From: an uncultured Lactobacillales bacterium
Lineage (GTDB): Bacteria > Pseudomonadota > Alphaproteobacteria > CAAHEQ01 > UBA3637
Assembly: GCA_964414185.1 (NCBI GenBank)
Contig: CAYPVK010000002.1
Span: 82,296 to 146,295 of the forward strand
Direction: 5' to 3'
Length of the DNA stretch: 64,000 bases
Part shown: piece by piece, positions 9,958 to 19,394 of the stretch
Position numbering within the stretch: position 1 is the stretch's first letter
Layout: each line of letters starts with the position of its first letter
Notes under the pieces: model-generated
Seen by the model: only the letters and a program-made list of their open reading frames with translations
The model's database searches: none
Told to the model about the DNA's origin: nothing
Translations under genes and position numbers: made by a program

Positions 9958-11469
9958 TTATACCCCCTTGCGAATCGGTTTGCGATAAGATAACGCTTCG
10001 GCGACATGATGCCGTTTCGTCGTTTCGGAAAGTTCCATATCGGCAATCGTGCGCGCAACGCGCATAATGCGGTGGTATCCGCGCCCGGACAGCATTAATT
10101 TTTCGGCCGCTTCAATCAACAAGTTGCGCGCGGCGTCTTCCATACGGGCAATTTCTTCCAAAAAGGCACCGTCGGCTTCGGCATTTTTTGAAATTTTGAC
10201 ATTTTTAAAACGGCTTTCGGAAAAAGCAAGCGCCCGTTCGACACGTGCCGAAATGTCCTTGGATGATTCGCTGCCGCCGGGTCGTCCCAATTCCCACGGC
10301 GCAACGGCCGGCACGTCGACGTGTAAATCAATGCGGTCGAACATCGGTCCCGAAATTTTGGATTGGTATTCTTCGGCGCATTTCGGCGCCCGCGAACATT
10401 CATGCCCCGGCATGCCCAAATATCCGCAGCGGCACGGGTTCATAGCCGCAATCAATTGGAATTTTGCCGGATATGTTACGTGCAAATTGGCGCGCGATAC
10501 CGTAACGGTGCCCGTTTCAAGCGGCGCGCGCAACGCTTCCAAAGTCGAACGGTTAAATTCGGGCAGTTCGTCCAAAAATAAAATGCCTTTGTGAGCTAAC
10601 GAAATTTCCCCCGGCCTGGCACGCATGCCGCCGCCGACCATTGCGGGTGTCGAAGCACTGTGGTGCGGGTCGCGAAACGGGCGATGTGTAATGAGTTTCC
10701 CGTCTTTTAACAATCCGGCGACGGAGTGGATATTGCTGACTTCCAAAATATCTTCCATGCTAAGCGGCGGCATAATCGACGGCAAACGGGCCGCCAACAT
10801 TGATTTGCCCGATCCCGGCGGTCCGATCATCAAAACGTTGTGTCCGCCGACAGCGGCAATTTCCAATGCGCGTTTGGCCGATTCTTGGCCCTTGATTTCT
10901 TTAAAATCCAAATGGTGGGTTTGCCGCGGCAAAGTGCCGCATTCGGGAGCATGCAACAATTGATGCCCCTTTAAATGGTTAATCAATGATAACAAAGACG
11001 ATGGGGCGATAATATTGTCATTCCCCGACCAGGCGGCTTCGGAACCTTGTTCGGCGGGACAAATAAACGACATGCCGAAACGGTTGGCGGCAATGGCGGC
11101 GGGTAAAACGCCCGTAACCGAACGAATTGAACCGTCCAAGCCCAATTCCCCCATCATCAACGTATTTGAAATGCTTGCGGGGTCAATGATACCCATGGCC
11201 GCCATTAAAGCCATTGTAATGGGCAAATCGTAATGCGTGCCTTCCTTAATCACGTCGGCGGGTGCTAAATTGACCGTTATCCTTTCGGCCGGCAAAGATA
11301 AACCGATGGACGTCAATGCGGCGCGGATACGTTCTTTGCTTTCGGCAACGGCTTTATCGGCCAATCCCACAATTGTAAAAGCAGGCAATCCGCTCATAAT
11401 GCGCACTTCGACATCAATTTTTAAAACGTCAATCCCCGAAAACGCAACTGTATGGGTTGAACCGAGCAT
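9958..11469 (-). CDS. comM: Mg-chelatase-like AAA+ ATPase ComM/YifB
   Basis: 503 aa with a Lon-like N-terminal domain, a Walker A motif (GPPGSGKSM) and an ILFLDELPEF motif. The C-terminal region is typical of the YifB family. Confidence 0.9.
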   Translation of the reverse strand: MLGSTHTVAFSGIDVLKIDVEVRIMSGLPAFTIVGLADKAVAESKERIRAALTSIGLSLPAERITVNLAPADVIKEGTHYDLPITMALMAAMGIIDPASISNTLMMGELGLDGSIRSVTGVLPAAIAANRFGMSFICPAEQGSEAAWSGNDNIIAPSSLLSLINHLKGHQLLHAPECGTLPRQTHHLDFKEIKGQESAKRALEIAAVGGHNVLMIGPPGSGKSMLAARLPSIMPPLSMEDILEVSNIHSVAGLLKDGKLITHRPFRDPHHSASTPAMVGGGMRARPGEISLAHKGILFLDELPEFNRSTLEALRAPLETGTVTVSRANLHVTYPAKFQLIAAMNPCRCGYLGMPGHECSRAPKCAEEYQSKISGPMFDRIDLHVDVPAVAPWELGRPGGSESSKDISARVERALAFSESRFKNVKISKNAEADGAFLEEIARMEDAARNLLIEAAEKLMLSGRGYHRIMRVARTIADMELSETTKRHHVAEALSYRKPIRKGV

Positions 11470-12255
11470 TTACCACCGTGGAATGTTGTTGTTGTCGCGA
11501 TAGCGGCGCGACGGATAATCCGTGTCGGACGGAATGTCGTTATATCCCGCAAAGTGCGGTGCTGCGCGCAATTGGACATACCCTTGGGATTCATATGATC
11601 CGATGCAATTATAGTCGGTAAAATCACACCGTACCAACTCGCGTGTCATCGGGTTTTGCAAAACAACCGCCGAACCCGTGTTTGCAGCATTTTGTGTTGT
11701 TGCATCCGGTGCAGTTGCATTTGCCGAATTCATTTCCGCCCCGCCCGTATTTTGTGCGGCCGTATTCGGTGTAACCGTATTTTGCATGATTGCGTTTTGA
11801 TCGGCTTGCGCATACGGATAATACGGCATCGCATTCGGATTTTGTATCATTTGCGGATAGCCGGTGTTTTGTCCCGCAATATTTTGTGTATTTTGCGGTG
11901 CGTACATCGGTACGGGAATTTGGTTTTGTGCCGTTTGATATTGGCCTGTCACAGTTTGCGTTTCATAAGCAACGCCGGGTTGTTGTACATATTGTAAATC
12001 GGCAACCGTGCCGTATGCCGGCCCGAAATAATCGTCTTGAATGGTATAAGCGGGCGTTATCGCATAAGTGGTTTTTTGCGTTGTTTGAGTATTTGTATTC
12101 GTATTTGTTGCAACCGATTGTACTTCTTTCGGCATTGCAACGGGGTTGTGAGATGCACTGTTGTCAATTTTGACGGTAACCGGCGGTTGCATGGGTTGTG
12201 TTTGCAAAGTACATCCGGCTGCGATAAACAACGAAAGCAAAAGAAATTTTTTCAT
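11470..12255 (-). CDS. Lipoprotein with a long Q/N/T/P-rich low-complexity region
   Basis: A signal peptide (MKKFLLLSLFIAAGC) carries a lipobox Cys, with an aagga ribosome-binding site before the ATG at 12255. About 200 aa is dominated by Q, N, T, P and Y. A Cys-containing C-terminal domain follows. The gene overlaps the comM start. Confidence 0.6.
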   Translation of the reverse strand: MKKFLLLSLFIAAGCTLQTQPMQPPVTVKIDNSASHNPVAMPKEVQSVATNTNTNTQTTQKTTYAITPAYTIQDDYFGPAYGTVADLQYVQQPGVAYETQTVTGQYQTAQNQIPVPMYAPQNTQNIAGQNTGYPQMIQNPNAMPYYPYAQADQNAIMQNTVTPNTAAQNTGGAEMNSANATAPDATTQNAANTGSAVVLQNPMTRELVRCDFTDYNCIGSYESQGYVQLRAAPHFAGYNDIPSDTDYPSRRYRDNNNIPRW

Positions 12256-12410
12256 ATGGGGTATCCTTTTTTTGTACAAGCAGTTTAATTTTTAGTCAGT
12301 ATAGCAAATGTAATTTGAAAAAAAAAGCTTTATTTACATTTTTTTAATCATTTCGGCGTTTTTTCGGGGCAGTTGTTGTGTTCTTTTGAAAATCCGATGT
12401 GTCCTATATT

Positions 12411-12440
12411 AAAAAACTCCTTGTTTTTAAGGAGTTTTTT
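12411..12440. terminator. Rho-independent terminator downstream of the flavodiiron gene (bidirectional hairpin)
   Basis: aaaaactcctt-gttttt-aaggagtttttt: an 11-bp stem with T-runs on both sides. Confidence 0.7.
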
Positions 12441-12482
12441 ATCATGTCGACTCATTGGACATATATCGGATGAACGGCGGTT

Positions 12483-13664
12483 TTAATAATTTTGCTTAAT
12501 CGTGTCGGCCAATTTGTCAAGCGCGGCGTAATCCGCCTCTTTAGGTGTCCCTTTGACCAAAACGGGATCCAAAAACGGCACCGTTTTCATATTGCCGAGC
12601 AAGCCCGTCAGCGAATTGACAATCAATGTGCCCCAGCTGTATGATCCGATAAGCCCCAAAAATTGAATGTTCGGTTTAATGGCGTTCAACAAAAATACCG
12701 GTTCGACCACCATCGGGTGCAACCCCGTCAAAACGGTCGGCGAAGCAACAATGACGCCCTTGCAATCGATTAAATCCGAAGCCAATTCGGTATTGTTTAA
12801 ATTCATCACGTCGTGATGTTTGACTTCAATGCTTTTTTCTTCCAATGCTTTTTTCAAATAATCGATCATTAACGTTGTCGACCCGTACATCGAAACGCCG
12901 ATGATGACGACTTTGTTTGCCCGCGGCTCCGCAGACCATTTGCGGTATAAATCCATGATATAACGCACGCCGTCGCCTTTATAGGCGGGACCGTGGCTCG
13001 GTGCAATGACGGAAGGGTTTAAAGCGGCGATTTTATCCAAATATTTTGCCCAAATTTTGGCAAACGGCATTTGGATTTCGGCATAGTAGGCTTTAATCAG
13101 CGGCAAAATCGTATCGGTGCCGTCCCAAAAAACATCGTAATTTGTCACGTGTGCGCCGAAAAAGTCCGTGGAAAAAAGGATTTTGTCTTCTTTTAAAAAC
13201 GCAAACATCGTGTCGGGCCAATGAACCCACGGCGCAAACATGAATTGCAACGTTTTATCGCCCAAAGAGATTTTGTCGCCGTCGGCAACGATATGGTATT
13301 GATCTTCTTTTAACGGTAAAAAGCCCATCGTGATTTCTTGGCATTTTTTGTTTGTCACGATTTTGGCTTCGGGAAACAAGCTTAATAATTCGGGCAATGT
13401 CCCGGTGTGGTCTTGTTCGCCGTGGTTGATAATGACATAATTGATTTTTTCGATGCCCATTTCTTTAAGCTTGTCAATCAATTCGTTATGGCACGGCGGG
13501 TAAACGGTATCGACCAACGCCGTTTTTTCGGACCCTTTGATTAAAAAGGCGTTGTAGCTTGTCCCTTCGGCAAGCGGCATTAAATTGTCGAAAAACGGGC
13601 GGTGGCGGTCTTTTGATCCGACGCAGTAAATATTGGGAATCAATTCTTTTGTGCTCATTTTCAA
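12483..13664 (-). CDS. fprA: Flavodiiron protein (A-type flavoprotein / NO- or O2-reductase). It has a metallo-beta-lactamase-like diiron domain and a flavodoxin domain
   Basis: 393 aa. It carries the diiron motif INHGEQDHTG and a C-terminal flavodoxin-like region (VVIIGVSMYGSTT). The length and domain order are typical of FDP class A. Confidence 0.85.
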   Translation of the reverse strand: MKMSTKELIPNIYCVGSKDRHRPFFDNLMPLAEGTSYNAFLIKGSEKTALVDTVYPPCHNELIDKLKEMGIEKINYVIINHGEQDHTGTLPELLSLFPEAKIVTNKKCQEITMGFLPLKEDQYHIVADGDKISLGDKTLQFMFAPWVHWPDTMFAFLKEDKILFSTDFFGAHVTNYDVFWDGTDTILPLIKAYYAEIQMPFAKIWAKYLDKIAALNPSVIAPSHGPAYKGDGVRYIMDLYRKWSAEPRANKVVIIGVSMYGSTTLMIDYLKKALEEKSIEVKHHDVMNLNNTELASDLIDCKGVIVASPTVLTGLHPMVVEPVFLLNAIKPNIQFLGLIGSYSWGTLIVNSLTGLLGNMKTVPFLDPVLVKGTPKEADYAALDKLADTIKQNY

Positions 13665-13680
13665 ATCCTTTTATTCAGGT

Positions 13681-14647
13681 TTATTTTTCAGATATGGTTT
13701 GTTTCTTTGCCTTTGTCAAACGTTCGATTTCTTCGGCGCTTAAAGATACAATGTCCAAGTCAACGTATGCGGCGTTTTTAAGCGTGATTTGTGCGCCCAA
13801 ACGTACGGGGTGGCAATTGGCATCCGGATCGAATTCGACACACGTTTCGGCGACAACGTAATATTGGCCGTCCGGCAGGTTTTTAAATTCAAAAGTTCCG
13901 CCCGATTTGACGTCGGCGTTTTTTCTGTAATCATTTGTGCGTTTGTCGGCTTGAGACAATGTTTGACCGTTTTTCCAATGAACGTTCCACCATTCTTTTG
14001 AATAGGACGTGACGGGATTGGCAAAAACGATAACGGTTTCGGGGCACGGGACACCTTCGGGCAAGTTTTTGCATACGCTGCCCGTTATTTCGGCATGCCC
14101 TTGTTTTCCGTAAGGCACGTATTCTTCGATAATGAATTGTGCTTGACGCTCAATGGGCGGTCGACAAGGAATGCTGGCCAAGCTGAATTTTTTTGCAGGT
14201 TTGGCAATATGGTCCGTTTTATCTGTTTTTATTTTTTTTTTTTGAAAAAGAACTTTTGATAACTCTTTTTTGGACACCGTCTTCTTGATTGACAATGATA
14301 ACTTTGTCAACTTGGGATTGTTCGGATTTGGTGTTGTAGCTTTCCAATTTTATTTGCAATGTATGCAAAACTTGTTCTTCCCAATGACGCGCTTCCAAAT
14401 AATTGCGGATAAACAAATCGCCGAAGAATAAACAAGCCATTAAAACAATGCCGCAACAAAAGCTGAAAATGCATAATTTATCTTCGTGTGTCGTGCTTTC
14501 GCAAAAAACGGGCGGCAATTTCGAGCGGAATTTACGCCATTTGGAAGTTTTTTTGTCTGCGGGTAATTTTGTTTCGGATGAATTTATTTGCACGGAAGCC
14601 GCCGATTTGGTTGTTGCGGCTTTTTTCATATTTTGTTTTTTGGCCAT
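13681..14647 (-). pseudogene. Membrane-anchored hypothetical protein split into two overlapping ORFs (14647->14219 and 14310->13681) by a frameshift in an A12 homopolymer. It is either a pseudogene, a sequencing error, or a slippage-prone/phase-variable gene
   Basis: The upstream ORF ends ...VIKSSFSKKKNKNR* and the downstream ORF begins ...QKKKIKTDKTDH, both reading through the same T12 tract at 14232-14243 (A12 on the coding strand). Removing one A joins them into a single ~320-aa ORF. That ORF would have a basic N-terminus, one TM helix and a Cys-containing periplasmic domain. Confidence 0.5.
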
Positions 14648-14832
14648 GGTTTGTTACCTCCTGTTTTGCCTGCTTTAAGCAAGGGTAAAAGATTTTTGAT
14701 ATCCTGTCAACCCCATAAAAATAAGTAGGCGGTATTTTTATGACAAAAAGTTTGTCGGATTAATTTAAGCTTGTCTTTTCGGGGGCATTGTGATATAACA
14801 CAATATATTTGTATGTATTTTAGGAGTTTTTT

Positions 14833-17800
14833 ATGATCCCACAAATGTTGAAAGACAAGCGCTTTTTGCCCTTGCTCATCCCCAATTTTTTATCCGCTTT
14901 AAACGATAATTTTATTCGGTATGTTTTTTTGTTCTTTGTAACGTATAAAATGACGCAAGGCAGTGCTTTGTTAATTATTTCCGCCGTTATTTTGTATGCT
15001 TTGTCGTTCAGTTTTGCATCCGTTTTTGCCGGCCAAATCGCCGATCGCATGTCTAAGACGAAATTTATGCAAAGCATTCGCATTTCGGAAATCGCCGTTA
15101 TGATGATGGCATTGATCAGTTTGTCATTGGATTCCAGATGGTTATTCATGTTGATTGTTGCGTCCATGGGGATTGTATCGGCATTTTTACGTGTCGGCAA
15201 TAATTCGATTTTGCCTGTGCTTGTTGCCGAAAAAAAATTGAATATGGGCAACGTTTGGTTGAAAATTTCTTCAACATTCGGCGCTTTGGCCGCAGTCGGT
15301 TTTTTGACATCCATCTTAAAATTTGATGCCGCTTATTACGTTGTTACGTTCATCGCATTTGCTTTGTCGGCGGTCAGCTTTTTAATTACCTTAAAATTGC
15401 CGATGACCGATGCGGCGGATTCGGAAGCACCGTTTTATAAAAATCCTCAGAAAGCTTTCGGTGTCGTGGCCGATTATTTGAAAAACAAGTATGATATTTG
15501 GTTGTATATTGTCGGCATTTCATGGTTTTGGATTTTGGCAACCGTCGTAGCGGTTTTTTCCGCCGAATACGGCCGAGCCGTTTTGAATGCCAGATGGTCC
15601 GTCGTGATGTATTTGTCGAGCATTTTCGGGCTCGGATATATCATCGGTGCGTTTTTATATGCCAAAGTCACGCATAAAAACAATATAGGCACTTGGACGG
15701 CGTTGGTATCGTTTTTGATTTCCTTGTTCATGTTCGATTTGATTATTGCCAGCACCGATGTGGTGCATGACCCGTCTCAAAAAGCCATTACCGTTGCCAA
15801 AATGTTCACAACCGATTTTGATTATTGGCGCATCATGGTTGACGTATTGGTATTGGGCGGCTTGTCGGCATTCTTCATTATTCCGTTTTATACGCTGTTG
15901 CAAATCAAATCCGCACATAAAATGCTCGGCCGTGTAATAGCTTTTTCGTCGATGATTAACGCCATAGCGGTTATGGGTGCGTTCTTGGTTGTGCTCAGCT
16001 TTCGGTCGCTCGGGTTTGATTTGTTGACCGTTTTGGCATTGTTTGCGGCGTTCAATTTGCTGATGGCGGTTTATATGATACGGTTGTTGCCGCTTGCGTC
16101 CCGTCGGCAATTATTCAAAAAGATTTTTCGTACATTGTTTAATGCCCGTATAGAAGGGTTGGAAAATTTGGCGATTGCCGGACCGCGCGCGTTGATTATT
16201 CCGAACCATTCGTCTTATTTGGACGTCTTGTTGATTTCGGCGTTTATTGACAAGAAAATTTTGTTGGCGATTGACGAAAAATTAATGCAACGTCCGTTTA
16301 TTAAGTTCATGACGAATTTGGTCGATGTGAAACCGATGGATGCGGTCAGCCCCTTTGCCGTTAAAGAAATGTCCGAAGAACTTAAAAAAGACCAACTGTG
16401 CATGATTTTGACGGAAGGGTTTATCGAAGGCGGCAACACGCGCATGAAAATTTACGAAGCACCCGCTTTGATGGCGGTCAAAGGGAATGCGCCGATTTTG
16501 CCGATTCGCATCGACGGCGCCAAGCACGCAATTTTTTCACGCGTGTTGAAAAACAAAGCGGATTTCCGTTGGTTCCCCGAAGTTTCAATTAATATTTTGG
16601 AACCCGTTTCTTTTGATTATAATGAAAAAGAATTGACGACTCGTGAAATCCGCGAACAATCCAGTTCCAAATTGTATAACATTATGTTTGACATGGTGTT
16701 TGACAGCTATAAAACGGATATGTCAATATTCACGGCTATCGCACGTTCCATGAAAATGGCCGGTCGTTTTAAACCCGTCATGGAAGATACGGCGCGGCAT
16801 CCCGTCAGGTTTATGGGCGTATTTTTGAAATCGTTTGTTTTGGGGACATTGATTAACCGTGCAATTCCGAATGACAAATATGTGGGCGTGATGGTACCGA
16901 CATCCAATACATGCGCTTTAACGGTATTCGGGCTGCAAGCTTATAACAAAGTACCGTGCATGATTAATTTTTCATCGGGTCCGAAACAAGTTATCGCGAC
17001 ATGTAAAACTGTTGGTTTAAAAACGGTCGTTACGGCCAAAAAAGTTGTGATGTTGGCTAAATTGGAACCGCTGGTTGAAGAAATCAAAGCTGCCGGCATC
17101 AATATTTTGTATTTGGAAGATTTAAAAGATTTGCTTAAATTTTCCGACAAATTGTTTGGAATTTGGAGTGCTTTTTGTCCCGAATCCGCTTATAAAAAAA
17201 CATCGGGCGGCAAGGTGAAAGGGTCCGATACGGCGGTTGTGTTGTTTACATCCGGTTCGGAAGGTATGCCTAAGGCCGTATTTTTGTCACATAGCAACAT
17301 TTTGTCAAATTGTTATCAAGTCCCGTCCCGTTTTGATGTGTTGCCGAACGATGTGTTTTTGAACTGTTTGCCGATGTTTCATTCGTTCGGATTGGGGGCC
17401 GGTATGATTTTGCCGTTGTTAATGGGCGTTAAAACGTTTTTATATCCGACACCGTTGCATTATCGCATTATCCCCGAAATTTGCGCATCCGTCAAAGCAA
17501 CGATTTTCTTTGGTACGGATACATTCCTGGCGGGTTATGCCAAATGTGCGAATCCGTATGATTTCAACAGTTTGCGCATTGTTGTGGTCGGTGCCGAAAA
17601 ATTAAAGGATGAAACGCGCAAAATTTGGTCGGAAAAATTCGGCGTGCGTATTTTGGAAGGGTACGGAGCAACCGAATGTTCTCCGTTTGTTTCCGTCAAC
17701 ACATTCTTACATCAAAAGCTCGGTTCCGTCGGCCGTTTGCTGCCCGGCATGAGTTACGATTTGCGTGAAGTCCCCGGTATCAAGGAAGGTAAAGAATTGT

Positions 17801-18258
17801 TGATTAAAGGTCCGAATATCATGCAAGGGTACATGCGTTATGAAAAACCGCTTGAACTCGACCCGCCGAAAGACGGTTGGTATGATACGGGCGATATCGT
17901 TGAAATTGACAAAGACGGCTTTATCTTTATCAAAGGGCGTTCGAAACGTTTTGCCAAAGTCGGCGGTGAAATGGTGTCATTGCTCAGCGTTGAAACGGTT
18001 ATTCAAAAAAAATGGCCCGGCGTCATTGCGGGGGCGGTCAACATCCCGGATAAGAAAAAAGGCGAACAAATCGTCTTGATTACGACCAGCAAAGACATTA
18101 ATAAAGAAGAGTTGATTTTGGCGTTTAAGGCAGCCGGCGTTACCGAATTGGGTATTCCGTCGAAAATTATCGTTACGGATAATCCGCCGCTTTTGGGTAC
18201 CGGAAAATTTGACTATGTTCGCGCCAAAGAATTGGCAAATGCCGAAGTAAACGGTTAA
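14833..18258 (+). CDS. aas: Tripartite fusion of lysophospholipid transporter LplT (MFS), 2-acyl-GPE acyltransferase and acyl-ACP synthetase (LplT-Aas)
   Basis: 1141 aa. The N-terminal ~400 aa is a polytopic MFS-like domain. It is followed by PlsC acyltransferase motif I (PNHSSYLDVLL, HxxxxD) and then an AMP-binding domain (TSGSEGMPKAV, GYGATECSP). Confidence 0.8.
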   Translation: MIPQMLKDKRFLPLLIPNFLSALNDNFIRYVFLFFVTYKMTQGSALLIISAVILYALSFSFASVFAGQIADRMSKTKFMQSIRISEIAVMMMALISLSLDSRWLFMLIVASMGIVSAFLRVGNNSILPVLVAEKKLNMGNVWLKISSTFGALAAVGFLTSILKFDAAYYVVTFIAFALSAVSFLITLKLPMTDAADSEAPFYKNPQKAFGVVADYLKNKYDIWLYIVGISWFWILATVVAVFSAEYGRAVLNARWSVVMYLSSIFGLGYIIGAFLYAKVTHKNNIGTWTALVSFLISLFMFDLIIASTDVVHDPSQKAITVAKMFTTDFDYWRIMVDVLVLGGLSAFFIIPFYTLLQIKSAHKMLGRVIAFSSMINAIAVMGAFLVVLSFRSLGFDLLTVLALFAAFNLLMAVYMIRLLPLASRRQLFKKIFRTLFNARIEGLENLAIAGPRALIIPNHSSYLDVLLISAFIDKKILLAIDEKLMQRPFIKFMTNLVDVKPMDAVSPFAVKEMSEELKKDQLCMILTEGFIEGGNTRMKIYEAPALMAVKGNAPILPIRIDGAKHAIFSRVLKNKADFRWFPEVSINILEPVSFDYNEKELTTREIREQSSSKLYNIMFDMVFDSYKTDMSIFTAIARSMKMAGRFKPVMEDTARHPVRFMGVFLKSFVLGTLINRAIPNDKYVGVMVPTSNTCALTVFGLQAYNKVPCMINFSSGPKQVIATCKTVGLKTVVTAKKVVMLAKLEPLVEEIKAAGINILYLEDLKDLLKFSDKLFGIWSAFCPESAYKKTSGGKVKGSDTAVVLFTSGSEGMPKAVFLSHSNILSNCYQVPSRFDVLPNDVFLNCLPMFHSFGLGAGMILPLLMGVKTFLYPTPLHYRIIPEICASVKATIFFGTDTFLAGYAKCANPYDFNSLRIVVVGAEKLKDETRKIWSEKFGVRILEGYGATECSPFVSVNTFLHQKLGSVGRLLPGMSYDLREVPGIKEGKELLIKGPNIMQGYMRYEKPLELDPPKDGWYDTGDIVEIDKDGFIFIKGRSKRFAKVGGEMVSLLSVETVIQKKWPGVIAGAVNIPDKKKGEQIVLITTSKDINKEELILAFKAAGVTELGIPSKIIVTDNPPLLGTGKFDYVRAKELANAEVNG

Positions 18259-18323
18259 ATTTTAACATTGTCGGGCGGCTTTTAAAAAAAGCCGCCTTGC
18301 ATAACGGAACGAAGGAAAAATTT

Positions 18324-19319
18324 ATGGCAAAAATCGGTGTAATCGGCGCGGGCGCATGGGGTACGGCATTGGCAATAACGGCGGCGCGCGCGAATAATGA
18401 TGTTTTGATTTGGGCGCGCGAATCGGAATTGGTCAATGAAATAAATGTCGCGCATACAAATTCGCTTTATTTGCCGTCAGCCGTGCTTCCCGATACGGTT
18501 CGCGCTACCGATGATATGAAACGACTGCTTGATTTTGCCGATGCGGTTTTATTGGTTGCCCCCGCGCAATATACTCGTGCAACTTTGTTACAAATGAAAC
18601 CCGGTTTGAAAAAAGGCGTACCGTTGGTCTTATGCGCCAAGGGGCTTGAACTATCCACCGGTTTATTATTAACCGAAGTTGCCGAAGAAGTTGTCCCCGA
18701 TGCCACATTGGCTGTTTTGTCCGGCCCCGGTTTTGCCGCCGAAGTGGCCAAGGGCAATCCGACAGCCGTTACCATCGGTTCCGAAGTGCCCGGCATTGCC
18801 GAACATTTAGTCGGATTGTTGGGGTCAAAATGCTTCCGCCCGTATTTTTGCAACGATATTATTGCGCCTGAAGTGTGCGGTGCACTTAAAAACGTCATCG
18901 CCATTGCCGCCGGTATTTCCGAAGGGTGCGGATACGGTGATAACGGCCGTGCGGCTCTGATTACCCGTGGTCTCAATGAAATGGCGCGTTTTGCCAAAGC
19001 GTTGGGTGGCCATAAAACAACCGTTTTGGGGTTGTCGGGTGTCGGAGATTTGGTCTTAACCGCCTGTTCGACCCAATCGCGCAACTACTCATTCGGTTTG
19101 GCTGTCGGCAAGTCCGGTTCAGCCGCTGAAATTTTGGCGTCGTCCAAAACGACTACCGAAGGTGTTCCGACGGCTGCCGCCGTTATGAAACGCGCCCGAA
19201 AAATGAACTTAGACATGCCCATCACTGCCGCAGTTGATGCCATCATATATCAAGGTCTTTCGGTCGGCGATATTTTGGCGAATATGTTGGCGCGTCCTTT
19301 CAAATCCGAATCATTTTAA
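18324..19319 (+). CDS. gpsA: Glycerol-3-phosphate dehydrogenase [NAD(P)+]
   Basis: MAKIGVIGAGAWGTALAI contains the NAD-binding GxGxxG motif. Length and composition match GpsA. A gaagga ribosome-binding site precedes the ATG at 18324. Confidence 0.9.
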   Translation: MAKIGVIGAGAWGTALAITAARANNDVLIWARESELVNEINVAHTNSLYLPSAVLPDTVRATDDMKRLLDFADAVLLVAPAQYTRATLLQMKPGLKKGVPLVLCAKGLELSTGLLLTEVAEEVVPDATLAVLSGPGFAAEVAKGNPTAVTIGSEVPGIAEHLVGLLGSKCFRPYFCNDIIAPEVCGALKNVIAIAAGISEGCGYGDNGRAALITRGLNEMARFAKALGGHKTTVLGLSGVGDLVLTACSTQSRNYSFGLAVGKSGSAAEILASSKTTTEGVPTAAAVMKRARKMNLDMPITAAVDAIIYQGLSVGDILANMLARPFKSESF

Positions 19320-19344
19320 ATAATTTTACCGGTTTATTATCGTC

Positions 19345-19394
19345 GTAAATCTCATTTTTATGTACTGTTTTGTACACAGCGAATGGGATTTATA
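19345..19394. repeat. Nested-hairpin intergenic element, copy 1 (core ctcattNNtgtactgNtttgtacaca)
   Basis: gtaaatctcatttttatgtactgttttgtacacagcgaatgggatttat has an outer stem taaatctcatt/aatgggattta and an inner stem tgtac/gtaca. It lies directly after the gpsA stop. The core recurs at 31653-31699. Confidence 0.55.
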
